A DNA stretch of 47,160 nucleotides, filler included, from Jimgerdemannia flammicorona (taxonomy: Eukaryota): NCBI GenBank assembly GCA_003990765.1. It is 2 parts of 2 records of this genome, joined end to end, with 100 filler letters (N's around TTAATTAATTAA, not from the genome) between each part and the next. Parts side by side here need not be neighbours in the genome. Positions count along the whole stretch, not along the records: positions 23,635 to 47,160 come from RBNJ01001097.1; 1 more part is not named here. One strand, 5' to 3'. The notes beneath the pieces are model-generated. The model did no database searches and was not told the origin of the DNA. It was given only the letters and a program-made list of their open reading frames with translations. This document shows positions 35,924-47,160 of this stretch, piece after piece. A program made the translations under genes and the position numbers. Within the stretch, counting starts at the first letter, position 1. Each line of letters starts with the position of its first letter.

Positions 35924-38334
35924 GGCTTGATGTTCGGATTGGTGGGCGAATGGGGAATCCGTATTGTAAGACATGGAGTGTCATCGCTGTGTGGGATATC
36001 TTGTGCGGCCGTCTCGTTTGGTAATAAATACCGTTTAGTTGCGCGACTTTGCCTCCCTAACATGTGACCTTGTCTCTAACACCAATTATTTTAGTCAATA
36101 CTGCGTTTGATTGTTTGATACCTCATTACCATTTGGTATTTGTGTATATGTCACTCACACGCCTCTTCTATGGCACGCCGCGTTAACTCACTGCCTAAAA
36201 ACCGCGGGTGACCGTCGAGGTCAGACATGACTATACTATAGGGTCTATCAACTTCGTTGGATAACTGAACTAGCCGGTTGGTACCATTGACGTGATGTAC
36301 TGCCTGGAAACTGTCAGGCAATAAGTAAGATTAACCACCGAGTAACAATTAAACATCGCGCGATGATGAACCGCCCAATGATGATTGATCATCGAGCGTA
36401 GGTTGGTCAGGTGATAAACCTACCGCGAATGGCTTGGCCACGTGTATAGTGCGGAACACCTAGTCACAAAAGAACTCCAGAACAACAAAAAGATATTAAC
36501 ATACTTGCTTCATACTTCTATTTTCTAGTCATTTATCTATTATGATACCCTTTTTTATTTAGCTACTAAATATAGAGTTTTATTCTTTTAAAGTTGGTCA
36601 CCCTCTATATAATTATATTGCGAGAATTAAGAAAGGCGGTCAATATAGGAAATTGGCAAATTGGTAATTTTTATTGGTTGGTGGGGGTTATGTCACTTAT
36701 TATCTATTATTAAAATAAGTTCCCATATCAATTATTTATTAGACCTTATTCTAACTCACTATGTGACTGCTCGTTTCGAAATTAAGGTTTATGTCGGAAC
36801 ATATACAAATGAAGTCCAGTTCCACGCGAGCTCAAATATGATTCCAACCATTCAACCATGTAATCTTATTATGGTGACGTTCGTGCCAAAGAATAATTTT
36901 CGGCCAAGAAAAAAAAGCCTTAGATATCTTAATACGAATCCTCGGTAAATGATCTTCAAACTCAATACATCAAATTATCAACATTATTCTTAACATCATT
37001 GTAATTCACCTCGCTACATGTGAATGGAGTAGGAAAACATTGGGCGAGAAAGGTCAAGGATAAGCAAGATTTCTGTCGGTGATATGCATGTACGTGAATA
37101 TCATTTAACGATGCAAAGACCACTTTGCCAGCAAAATAGCTACTTGCTGATAAAGGTTGAGCCGCCAACGCGGTCTGTGTTATTTACTTGGCGACGAAAA
37201 GCAAACATGCGTGCGCGATACCGGTAATCGCTCTCCAGTAAAGAGCATACAAATGTGGAAAATCCAATTTCACATCCAATGACCACTTATTATTAAGAGG
37301 TATTGACTAGACTGCAACATACGTACCACAAAGGTATCTACACCAAGTTAACAAGGTATGATGTTACTCCGCTCCACAAATCTGAAATCAGCAGGCCCCA
37401 CGCACGGAACCCGTAGACCCATCGTATTTTGATCTGCACCTTTTTGAGAACGGTGCTCCAGGGAACGGTGCACTCTCGACGCGACGGAAGGCTTTATTTT
37501 TATATCGAGGGCTGAGATCCTGCAGCGACCCCAGCACGTATGGTCACGCGTTCATCGATCTAAGGCACGATGGATACCCATTATTTTTTATCTCCACCGA
37601 CTGCGAATGAGCGTTCACGCCTTGCAAAATAGAATGCCATGTCCATCCCTGCGAAATTTTTTCGTGTATAGTGATAATAGGTGACTCACTTAACCACAAA
37701 GTTACTTGCGCTCGGTGAATAGAGGGTTCGGGGTTTATGGGGGAGACTACGAAGGATATGGTTGAAAATGAGGGCCTATTTTATACACAAGAATATGTAC
37801 GGTCGTGGATTTCTAAAGCATACAAATCCATTGCTGCCCATCATTTGCATTCCTTGAATATTGCATGCATGCCGATGAAGATTGATTATGAACATCTAGT
37901 GATTTCGTGCAGTTGATAAAGAAGCGTTCGAAATCAAATACGATAAACTCATGTCTTTAACGCCATACAATAAGAATTTTATATTTATCACCCAATGGCG
38001 TGATTCAGGGCACTCTCTTCATTTTAGCATGCTTTGTGTATAATCCAAACGATGATGCTTCCCTTCCCCCAGAAGAAAACCAAAAAACAGGTGCTTCCAT
38101 CTGCCCATAGCGCAATGTCTCTGTTAAAATTAGCACATCAGTTAATACTGGAAAAAACGAAGTCAGTCAGAGAAAGCTTTTTAATCATCGAATCGTTTAT
38201 GGATATTGGATTAATAAATTTGGGGCCTCGTACAATACACGCTCACTCTTCTGCTGACATGTATAAAATTCGACATGCTTGGCTTTCCAGAGATCCTCAC
38301 TCAACCAAGTCGTCTCAAACAATACGGATTCGGA

Positions 38335-38405
38335 CAGAAAAAAAAAACAAAAAAACAAAAAAACAAAAAAACAAAAAAACAAAAAAACAAAAAAACAAAA
38401 AAAAA
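38335..38405. repeat. (CAAAAAAA)n A-rich microsatellite
   Basis: About 7 units of C+A7, ~70 nt upstream of ATG 38478. Confidence 0.9.
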
Positions 38406-38477
38406 GCAATCCCAACATCTCGCAATCTCACATACACACCTAACTTTCCCATCTCAAAGAAACCGACCAAATCAACC

Positions 38478-39312
38478 ATGTCTTTCAAGACCACCGCCAC
38501 TACCGCCCGCGTCCCTCTCGCCCTCCTGGCCACCGTGACCTTCCTTGCTCTCGTCAACCCCACCTCAGCGCCTCCCATAAACTTTGAAAAGCGTTGTGGT
38601 TCCGATGCGATCATGGGAAAACGCGATGGATACGAGGAGCCCGACTTGAGCCGGCACGGACTCCTGTTCGATTTCCCGGCTTTCGATTGCGGGACTTGCA
38701 AGGAATCCGTCGGCAAACCGCAAAGTGTCACTTCGCAGTTTGCACCGAACTACCAACAGCCACCCAGCAAGATCGAGTTGAATAATGAGAACCGCGGTAA
38801 GCTTCTCCTGAACATATTTTGATTTCATCTTTTTAAAACCGCTCATCGAGCATTAATATTCGTCATCCTTTCATCCAGTGTACATCAAACTTCCTGAGAC
38901 AGCTCCCGCAATCACTCCCGCTCCCAATGACCAGCAGATTCCCTCCATCCCATCCCAACCCGAGACACCCATCCCATCCCAACCCGAGACACCCATCCCA
39001 TCCCAACCCGAGACACCCATCCCATCCCAACCCGAGACACCTCTCCCATCCCAATCCGAGACACCCCTCCCATCTGTCACCGACACCGACACCGCAACTC
39101 TCCCGCAGCCGACTACCATCCCGCTCGAGACCCAAACCGTCGTCCAGACGCAGACAGTATTCTTCACTCAGACGGCGACCTTAATTCAGCCAGGCGCGCA
39201 GGCCGTGATTGCTCCGACCCCAGCGCCCCAGCTCATTGTCCTGTCCGCCGTCCCGTGCATCGTGGAGTACCCTCAGGAGGTTTCCTCGGTTGTCGCCCCG
39301 GCGAGCCAATGA
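38478..39312 (+). CDS. Small secreted Pro/Thr-rich repeat protein, 2 exons, 250 aa
   Basis: Hydrophobic signal (VPLALLATVTFLALVNPTSA), dibasic sites FEKR and MGKR, intron 38797-38878 (gtaagc...cag) in phase; exons 319+434 nt. Confidence 0.78.
38938..39075 (+). repeat. 24-bp coding tandem repeat (IPSQPETP x5)
   Basis: atcccatcccaacccgagacaccc units. Confidence 0.93.
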
Positions 39313-40127
39313 GAAGTCGTAGAAAACGTCAAGGGCGCCACCCATACCATGACATATGAAACATTTTGAGACAACGGTCTGCATGCCTGCTCAAGTGGCG
39401 GTCGGGGCCGAGGCTACTTCCCAATGATAAATGTGCTCTTATCGGAAGATAGATAGTGATGTAGTTTTGTGGAAATGTTCGAGGGTATAATGGATTGTAT
39501 ATAAAGAATAAAGATAGTTTACGGACGGACATTATGAATCTTGTCTGCTGTTCTACAACGGTCGAGCAGAATTTTTAGGGATGAAATAGATAGGTTTCCT
39601 AAATATGCACCATTTCCCTCAATCTATCTCGAACGGTAAACTTTGCTTGCGTTCTTGGTTTAAGCAAGTAGGAAATAGAGCCGTCGATCTAATCGTTCGA
39701 GTTCACAATAATATTTTGAACTGATCAGCAGGCTGAGTTTATCTATGGGGTGCCAAAAGTCACTCCATCCTGCTAGTTAATAATATAATAAGGTATTTAC
39801 AATAGGAGTTAATAAATACACCTTAGCACGAGTATGATATATTACATCATTCGTTGGTTCCACTCGAGGCTGCAACTCACGAGGCGCGGCCAGTCTATGT
39901 TTTCGCGTTGATGACCATCTTCGTCAAAAATGTAACGCTTGTCCATTCGTTGTCAGCGGTGATGCATTCTTGACCAGGTATTGGCAATCAGAATAAACAG
40001 CTATTGTAGATGTACTTTCTTCCTTGCTCTTGCGCACTTTCCTGGCATGTATGTTGCAAACCTCGATAAAAGCAGCGTTTGAAAGGAATATGCCTAACCA
40101 TTACGCTCGTTTACAACATGCTAGGTT

Positions 40128-40170
40128 CAAAAAAAACAAAAAACAAAAAACAAAAAACAAAAAACAAAAC
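40128..40170. repeat. (CAAAAAA)n A-rich microsatellite
   Basis: About 5 units, 3' of the F-box gene. Confidence 0.85.
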
Positions 40171-40221
40171 CGTGAACTATTCGAGGCGCTAAATATTTGA
40201 GAATAATTTAATCGACGCATT

Positions 40222-41556
40222 TCAACCACTATCGCCAATGTGGTATACGTGCGTAATATCACAACCACTTTTCCATACGACGGTCTCACTCCTCACATCC
40301 AGTGAAGCAAACCCTCTCAATTGCATAATGTTTGAGCACTGCTTACTATGCGGAGCGGCGATCCGCACCTCCAGCAACGTCGGACAGAGATCGACAAAAC
40401 TCCTTACGTGGTCGACCATACCCACCACTTCGGACGAGATCTCGAGCACGCGCAGCGCTGGAAACAAGTTCTCTCCAACGCATTGGTTCAATACTCCCAA
40501 ATTCGCGAACGAAAAGAACTCAAACTTGAGCCGCTCGAGGCGTGTTGCCTTGCGCGCGAGCTCGTTTAGCATGGAGCTGCACCAGAAGTTATTTCCGCGG
40601 AGGGTGAGGCTTTTCAGCCGGCAGCAGCGGATACTCGTTGGTATAATACCGGAGACGGTGAAGATGAGAACAAACTCGGCGGAGGTGACGTGCGGGTAAT
40701 CGCGGGGCGCGTCCGGATCGAAGTCGAACTGGAGGGTGCGATTAAAATCGTCAGAGATGTCGATTGTGGCGTGGGCGGGTTCGGGCATGGATGGCACTGG
40801 GAGCGGAAAGTTGAAACTGTTGTCATAGCTAATGGTGATGTGTTTGAGGCATGTGGCCTTGCCGAGGGCGTCGCGGATGAGGCGGCCGTGATTGGCGTTC
40901 GCGAGGTGAATGGTGTGCAGTGTCGATGAGAGGGAAGTGATGAGGTCTGCGATGGGGAGTTCAAGGGGTCCGTCGATGATCTGATCGACGTTGTTGAGAT
41001 GGAGGGTGGAGATGTTTGTAAGTAGTCCGGGAAGGTCGCAGGCGAAACGGAAAATGTCCGAGTGGTAATTGGTGATATTGGAAAGATAGAGGGTGTGGCG
41101 GTTAAAGGAAGGGACGGAGAGGAGACGCCGGATCGCGATAGCAACGAGCTTCGGGCGGCGCCAACGGAAAATATAGCGGGGTTTGGAGCAAAAAATATTG
41201 AAGTCGATATGGATTGTTGTAGTGGAAGTTGTGTATTGTAGTTGGAGATTGTGAGCGGAGGTGAGGAGATTGGCAAGTCGGTTGAGCGAGGCGGCCGTCA
41301 AGCTGGAGTCGATCTTGAGGGTGGTGATGTCCGGGAGCAAATGTCGGGCGGCAATGTGCCAATACGTGCAGACAAGGGAGAAGGCCAGAATATCGAGGGC
41401 GAAGGTGTCGTTGTGGGAAATGAGGTGGAGGAGAATCTGGTGGAGGAGTTCTAGGGGGAGGCGGACAGAGTGATGTTCATTGGACTTCCCCCACGAAAAT
41501 GAGAAAGTTTTCCCATTTTCAAGGAACGGACGTATTGAAGCCCACCAAGGTGTCAT
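40222..41556 (-). CDS. F-box protein with degenerate LRR-like C-terminus, intronless, 444 aa
   Basis: LPLELLHQILLHL...FSLVCTYWHIAARHLL F-box; LKSLTL, LERLKF and LRVLEI LxxLxL motifs. Confidence 0.82.
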   Translation of the reverse strand: MTPWWASIRPFLENGKTFSFSWGKSNEHHSVRLPLELLHQILLHLISHNDTFALDILAFSLVCTYWHIAARHLLPDITTLKIDSSLTAASLNRLANLLTSAHNLQLQYTTSTTTIHIDFNIFCSKPRYIFRWRRPKLVAIAIRRLLSVPSFNRHTLYLSNITNYHSDIFRFACDLPGLLTNISTLHLNNVDQIIDGPLELPIADLITSLSSTLHTIHLANANHGRLIRDALGKATCLKHITISYDNSFNFPLPVPSMPEPAHATIDISDDFNRTLQFDFDPDAPRDYPHVTSAEFVLIFTVSGIIPTSIRCCRLKSLTLRGNNFWCSSMLNELARKATRLERLKFEFFSFANLGVLNQCVGENLFPALRVLEISSEVVGMVDHVRSFVDLCPTLLEVRIAAPHSKQCSNIMQLRGFASLDVRSETVVWKSGCDITHVYHIGDSG

Positions 41557-41595
41557 GATTTTCCGAGTTCGAAAGGAACAAGTGATTCAATGTAA

Positions 41596-41682
41596 TGCGC
41601 GTATTTACCGGGGCAATAAATAACTCTGATATGTACTGCGCGTATTTTCTGGGGCAATAAATAACTCTGATTTGAACTGCGC
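41596..41682. repeat. 41-bp tandem repeat x2
   Basis: tgcgcgtatttaccggggcaataaataactctgatatgtac / tgcgcgtattttctggggcaataaataactctgatttgaac. Confidence 0.9.
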
Positions 41683-41755
41683 CTCAACGTGGACCACTTA
41701 AATGTCGCGGAAACTTAAAGGCGGAATAAATGTTCTCATCTGATACTACTGCCAC

Positions 41756-41893
41756 GTCTATAAAAGTACGAAGGAACATGCTGGTTTTCTAAAAGTATGA
41801 AGGAGCATGCTGATTTTCAAAAAGTCTATAAAAGTACGAAGGAGCATACTGATTTTCAAGAAATCTGTAAGTGATCATGCCGATTCTCAAAAA
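41756..41893. repeat. Degenerate 30-39-bp repeat x3-4
   Basis: Core aaaagtaYgaaggaRcatRctgRttttc recurs three times, plus a weaker fourth copy. Confidence 0.8.
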
Positions 41894-42162
41894 ATACTTG
41901 CTGCGGTTTTCTTCGAAAACGTGACACAAATCTGCCAAGTGCAGACCATAACGTCGTTTATTGCGAGCCAAGCAAAGAAAAATAAGTCTGAACTGGACTA
42001 ACAAGTCTTCTATCCCAGCTCGTCGCCTGGAGACCCCTCTCTATATGATAACAATTGTGTTCGGAAGCCAAAAGTAATAAAAGCCGTTGGCACCATGCTA
42101 GTACCTTAATGACGATGAGTACATGAGATTGAATTACTGTTCTTGTCAATGAATCCCACACT

Positions 42163-42456
42163 TCAAATGTGGTATATAAGTAAGGCCTTTTGTGTTTCAA
42201 CCTTTGGTACTATTTGTATTGGGGGCTTGTTTTTGGTCTGAGACTTTCGAAATTGGTCTTTATGTGCTTTGGCTTCGTGCGCTTTCAATGCCCCCGGTGT
42301 TGGAAAACTCTCCGGCAGGGCATCACACAACCAACAGAAGAATTCCGAGCCACAAACGCCGTTGTGGGTCTCCAACTCATAGTGGTCTTTGAAGTGTAGC
42401 CCACATTTGTTGCACTTGCGCGCTCCCCTATAGTACTTCGAGCCGGAGGTACCCAT
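42163..42456 (-). CDS. Small two-zinc-finger protein (97 aa; may be truncated or a first exon)
   Basis: CNKC...F.....L..H...C and CWLC......F.....L..H....H; N-terminus MGTSGS. Confidence 0.6.
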   Translation of the reverse strand: MGTSGSKYYRGARKCNKCGLHFKDHYELETHNGVCGSEFFCWLCDALPESFPTPGALKAHEAKAHKDQFRKSQTKNKPPIQIVPKVETQKALLIYHI

Positions 42457-43406
42457 CTTGAGAGGACGAGTTTGAAGATTGTTCGGTTTGGATTGGAGGG
42501 ACCGGGATTTGCGTCGGCGAGTTCGTGTATGTATTCGAGAAAGCGAAAGAAATCAGAAAATGACCCTAATCCTTGAATATATATTTTTCGAGCGAACGCA
42601 GCAAAGAGAATACAGAGATAGTGTAACGTCACAAAGGATTTGAAACACAATAACACTGTTTGATCACAAACACCTTATTGCAATACACACAAAGCAAAAG
42701 AGAAAGAACAAACAATGAATATTCTCAACTCCTACTTACAGGGAGAGAATCACTCTCTTGTTGCAGGATATGTACTTCCGATTCTCCGGTCGCTTTCTGT
42801 AGTGACAGCACCCAATGACCACCCCTCCAGGGATGACCTATTTGAGGCAGCCAAGCAACAAGCCAAGAATTGGGCACTTGGCTGCTAAAAGCGGGTGTAA
42901 GCTAGCGGGTAGGAAATTTATATAACAAAAAGCAGACATCTCCAACACGAATAAGAATCTCCCACAAAACATGCCCCTCTCCAACACCCACAAGTTCAAC
43001 AAGCAGTCTGTCGCCTCCACTACCTCCTTGCTGAGGGATCAAGCTTCCAGGTCCGACACTACAAGCACCACCACCTCCGCCCCTCAGCGGCCCCGGGATC
43101 TTCTCGCTAATAGTGCTGATGGCCGACGGATGCGGTGGGTTCTGTAGCAGGGTCAATAGGCTTTAAATATCATTTTTTGCCTGATAGGCAATTTTTCTAC
43201 TATAAGCTGTCGTGCATCAATTTCAGCACTGAAAGCTTCGATGCTTTTGAGTCATATTTCATGTTCATCGCGGTAGCCTTGTACTGGCTCGACTAGAACT
43301 TTTCCAGGAGTGTCTTGAGACCGGTTCCTTTTGCGAGTTCCAACCGGCGTATCTTTTCACGGCCATGGCTTTTGGTTGGCGGGTAAGTTGGATCACCAAA
43401 GAGCAG

Positions 43407-43990
43407 CTAGTCCTCTAAAGCAGGTAGCGATAACGGTGACAGTAGCCATACTAATTGCGAAGTGGTCGGCAGGATAGACCTGAGGATGGTTCCTCCATGG
43501 GTAGCTCTTGGACCCTTGGCGTCTGACCTTCCAAGGTTATACATTGGCCATTGGAGCGCAGTGATTACCATTTCGATTATTGAGAAGAACTCTTGAAGCT
43601 GTTCACCGTTGCCATCGTACGTGATGTCGTTGAGGGGCCGAAATCGTGGTTTCTTTGTCGCGGTTGTGCCCGATTCCTGTTTCACTGGCGCTTGTTCTCG
43701 AAGTTTCCAAGAGGGAAGAGATGGCTCCGAGGGTAGCTGCCGAATTTTGGTTATTTCTTTGGTTGCGATGATCATGGCTTCAAGGGCTTTGGCGAAGTCA
43801 CCAGAGATGGCGACCTACTCTGGTAATTGAAATTGGGGTGGTTGCGGACAGTAGAGTCTCTTCCAGGGAGGAAGTTCACCTGAGTGATCTTCGGCATTAG
43901 CAGGGGACCTGGCCGAAAATTGCATAAGGATCGCGACCTCAGTGGCTTCCGTGAATTCGGCGGCCGAGGTGTCTTTTTCGAGGCCTTCAA
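43407..43990 (-). pseudogene. Possible retrotransposon gag-like remnant
   Basis: TYDGNGEQLQEFFSIIE...W resembles the gag (F/Y)DG....EF motif; frameshifted, with no pol or LTR found. Confidence 0.3.
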
Positions 43991-45332
43991 TATACGCGTA
44001 GAAGGCTCCTACAGATTTGTCGACGCGGTCATCGTTCTTCTCGAAGTTTGAGGAGATCAGCGGTGTCGGCGACCATGGTTGCTTTCTTGGTTCGATTGAT
44101 TGTAGTGGGGATTTTGGAGTAGTCGATGTAGTATACCTTTGGGTGGTAGCTTCCTTGTTTAGGAGACTGTCGTTAACTGAAGGAGGTGAAAGGGATTCCG
44201 GCGTCGTATCGAAAAATCTTCCAAACAGTTATGCGTGGTGTGGAGGAAGCCTGGAATTATGGCTCAAGTCTCTTGAAAGGCGGTGAGTTGTTCTTCCGTG
44301 TAATCCTTAGCTGGTCGTGTTGTCTTGATCAGGATGTCTCTGAGCGGAGACAGTGGTTAAGCCCAACTAGCGCCTATATCCTTCGATAGGGCAACTATCG
44401 TGAACCTTTAAGGTCTAAATCGATTGGCCGAAACCATTATGTCTTTATTTCAAGGCTTGCATTGTAGTTGGTGTAGAGAAACTTGACTGTGTTTTTCAAT
44501 TCTTTATTCAACTTATGTACAGTTTATTTGTCTATCTCTAAATCTTCCTTTGTTTCCTACGAATTTCCCGACCGGCTCTTTCAATGATTCCCAAACTGCA
44601 TTTCGAACGTCCGTAAATGCTTGCGTATTCGCCTTGCTAGCTTCCCCGCATAATTTATCTTTCCCCTCCCTTCCCCTCCCTTATTTCTTTATTGTGTAAT
44701 TTGATGCATATACGTGGCAACTCAGTCTTTCGCAGACCTTTTTACATACATCATTTACACCTATTGCATTGCGCTGCATTTCGGGGAAGGATTTCGAGTG
44801 AATTTTTGAGAGGATACCATTCCATATGTATATACATTGACTTGAAATGACTGTCCAAAGTTGATACATGCAATTGTTGACCATCCTAAAAATCTCAGAA
44901 TCAACGAACTAGATCATATTTGACAAATCACAAAGAAATCAGAGAGTAATATATATTTTGAAAGAAATAAATGGACTATGTCCAACGCATTGTGATGGTG
45001 GTCTGGGATATTGAATTTGTAGCATAGAGCGTGATCGTCATTTGTTGCCTGAATAAAGTTGGATATTTTGCATCGAAAAGCAACCTGTCCCGTCTGATAA
45101 TGACCCCGGTGTCAATTGCACGCGTTCTTCCAAATTCACGAAGTTCTTTTGATCACGCGCTTCTTGCTCGTTCTCCGAATTCGCTTCCCTATTCTGATGA
45201 GAAAAAATCTCGAAGCTGCTTTTATTTTTATTTTATTTTAATGAACCCTATTTATTCATTACTACGGCCTATCTTCTAACTAATACTACGTGGGCGCGTA
45301 GAATGAACGGAGATACTGGTGGAATCACACCA

Positions 45333-45364
45333 CTTATTGTTTCTACGGCTTATTGTTTCTACGG
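45333..45364. repeat. 16-bp tandem duplication (cttattgtttctacgg x2)
   Basis: Read directly. Confidence 0.85.
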
Positions 45365-45523
45365 TTTTATAAGCGCGAACGTTCCACAACCTTATTTTGG
45401 ACGCGTTTCATGTAATGGCCACATGATGTGTTCAGACACAAACTAGGATAACTCATTACGACAGAGACTCAACGCGAACAAAACTATATACATGCCATAC
45501 GCGATCCCAGCTGTATCTAGACA

Positions 45524-45823
45524 TTATGACATACACCATTCCAATCCTCCTCCGGGTACCGCCCTCGGCCTCATCACCTTACACACCACATGCATCTCTT
45601 CCTTGCAGAACGTCATCCCATAGAGATACAGTGTCTCCAAGGCGGTCGGAATCTCAGCATAGTACTTCTTGTCTATGATTTCTTTCAGCTGCCTTCAGTA
45701 ACTCTTCATTTTACTACGAGGCACCTTATCTCAACCACATATCCAAGGGGGTAATCTTAGCAAGCATCCACGGCGTAATACAGATATCAGACCGCCCGTT
45801 CCCCGTCTCTCGGTTCGAATGGA
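45524..45823 (-). pseudogene. PDDEXK_9-type nuclease C-terminal domain remnant (AAA-ATPase-like-associated family)
   Basis: Across frameshifts: HSNRETGNGRSDICITP; GYVVEI; LKEIIDKKYYAEIPTALETLYLYGMTFCKEEMHVV. This matches the SNRE-G-GR-DI...ExK...QI..K.Y...GxxF pattern. Confidence 0.68.
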
Positions 45824-45910
45824 GAGATAATGGGTATAATTTCCATTTCGAACCAAGAGATGGGGAACGGGCGGTCTGATATCTGTATTACGCCGCGGAT
45901 GCTTGCCAAG
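45756..45910. repeat. Long inverted repeat / hairpin (arms ~68 bp, loop ~18 nt)
   Basis: 45756-45823 is the reverse complement of 45842-45910 with 4 transition mismatches and one 1-nt indel. Confidence 0.95.
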
Positions 45911-46063
45911 GCCATTCGAGCTGGGGGTGCCGCGAGAGACAAATCGAAAAAGCACAGGCACTACCAAAATAACCTTTCGGGTAACAGCCGTCCCCGCACC
46001 ACCACGCGAAACACCCCGAAACACGCAGGCACATCAATAGGTTCAGGTTGAATAAACATATAC

Positions 46064-46436
46064 CTGCAAGTTGTTCGATTTCAGCTACTGATTCGACTTT
46101 GCGCGCTTTGCATTTACCTTTGCCTTTGTCTGCTATCTTTCGTGTCTTTGACGGTCTGTTAGTGGATGCAAGGCTCTCCATACGTTTGTTGTCTTGGTTG
46201 TTCCTCATGGTCGGTCCCGAAGTGGCCACAACGTTCCCCTTGTTTTTTCGTATCTTGGTCGTTCTGGAAGCAGGCGAAATGCTCGTTTCGGTTTTGGACG
46301 TCAGAGGTGTGTCTTCACCTTTAGTTTTGCTCCTTGTGTTGTTTGCCACAAAGGTCGATTCCGAAGTTGGCACAACGCTCATCTGGGGTATCTCATCTTT
46401 GGTTCGACTCCTAGTTTTCATTGGTATCTTGGTCAT
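46064..46436 (-). CDS. Probable first exon of a basic low-complexity protein
   Basis: ATG 46436, Lys/Thr/Ser-rich (TRSRTK, TRSKTK), ending at a plausible donor cag|gtatat near 46063; downstream exons unresolved. Confidence 0.35.
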
Positions 46437-47160
46437 TAGGAACGTGGACTTTGGCCCCTCCCGTGTTTGGCTTCGTGATTACGGAAGCAAGGGTGAGACT
46501 CGTTTTTGGCGGTTATTTTGGTTGTTTTTATGGGCCTAAAACGGTTCTCGTGGATGTGATATCACCACTTTATTTTTGATCACATGTCGCTTCGTTTAAG
46601 GCCAGTTCAGTTAATAATGCTCATCATCATTAGAACCACATCAATAGTGGCAGTATATATAATTATATATACACATTTGGACTGTCGTCTGTTGTGGCTC
46701 AGCAGAATTGACACCTCGTAAATTTCTGGGTCGGCTCCATTGTGTATATACACGGGTCGGGTCGGAGCTCTAGGCAAGGGGCGAGGTACGGTTATTTATA
46801 TCTATATTGACAACAGAAAAATATTAATTGGCTTCCACATCAGCTGATCTTTATTAGTATTGGCAGCAATCTATTAATCTGTATCTGTTCTGGTGAGAGG
46901 GTGGAGAGGAGGATTAAACAGATGGAGAAGGTGTTTATAATTGGCACAATAAATAGGCTGGATTTGTTGGATCCCGAATTGTTGTGGTTCGGAAGGTAAA
47001 TTATTTTTAACTTGTCTGAAGGGGCGTCTCCCAGCTTGCCCAACATCGAGGGATCACTACCACTACACCGACGCGGTACTGACGGACAGGACAGGGTGGG
47101 AGAGGTATGTAAGGAGGTCGGCGAGGCCGGGCGGTCGCGTGTCGGAGTCGGTCCGATGTG

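Noticed and set aside
38034..38477. Lys-rich N-terminal part of the 262-aa ORF
   Set aside because: It is a translation of the A-rich microsatellite; the signal peptide begins at ATG 38478.
41596..41893. CRISPR-like array
   Set aside because: The repeats are contiguous with no unique spacers, there are no cas genes, and the context is eukaryotic.
44350..44650. PBS/LTR for the gag-like remnant
   Set aside because: ggcgctagttggg lacks a proper TGG start, and no second LTR copy is present in the window.
46840..47160. ORF at the right edge
   Set aside because: Short, no motif, and the frame is ambiguous at the window boundary.

Overview
Eukaryotic, almost certainly fungal, genomic DNA. It has short GT-AG introns, a 7-exon PRMT1/HMT1 gene and an F-box gene; an early-diverging lineage such as Mucoromycota is my inference, not proven. 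The left half (1-24980) is a CpG-depleted pile of nested retroelements: seven copies or fragments of one L1/Tx1-like non-LTR family (A, B, A2, C, D, E, F), inserted into each other and into a decayed Ty3/gypsy element that carries a dUTPase between gag and protease. Only copy D is complete (TSD, poly-A tail). A 100-nt N gap with an artificial TTAATTAATTAA linker at 23535-23634 means contiguity across it is unproven. The right half is CpG-rich and genic. It holds an ankyrin-repeat/bacterial-type PD-(D/E)XK nuclease fusion ORF, PRMT1, a coiled-coil hypothetical gene, an SDR pseudogene, a small secreted Pro/Thr-repeat protein, an F-box protein, a small zinc-finger ORF, and a decayed PDDEXK_9-type nuclease whose catalytic-motif codons form a ~65-bp fold-back hairpin. 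The most notable signals are the ANK-nuclease fusion, a covarying stem closing the LINE 5' UTR, clustered self-nesting of the LINEs, a knuckle-less ORF1 with a conserved acidic C-terminal domain, and the nuclease-derived hairpin. All family assignments are by eye from motifs; no searches were run.
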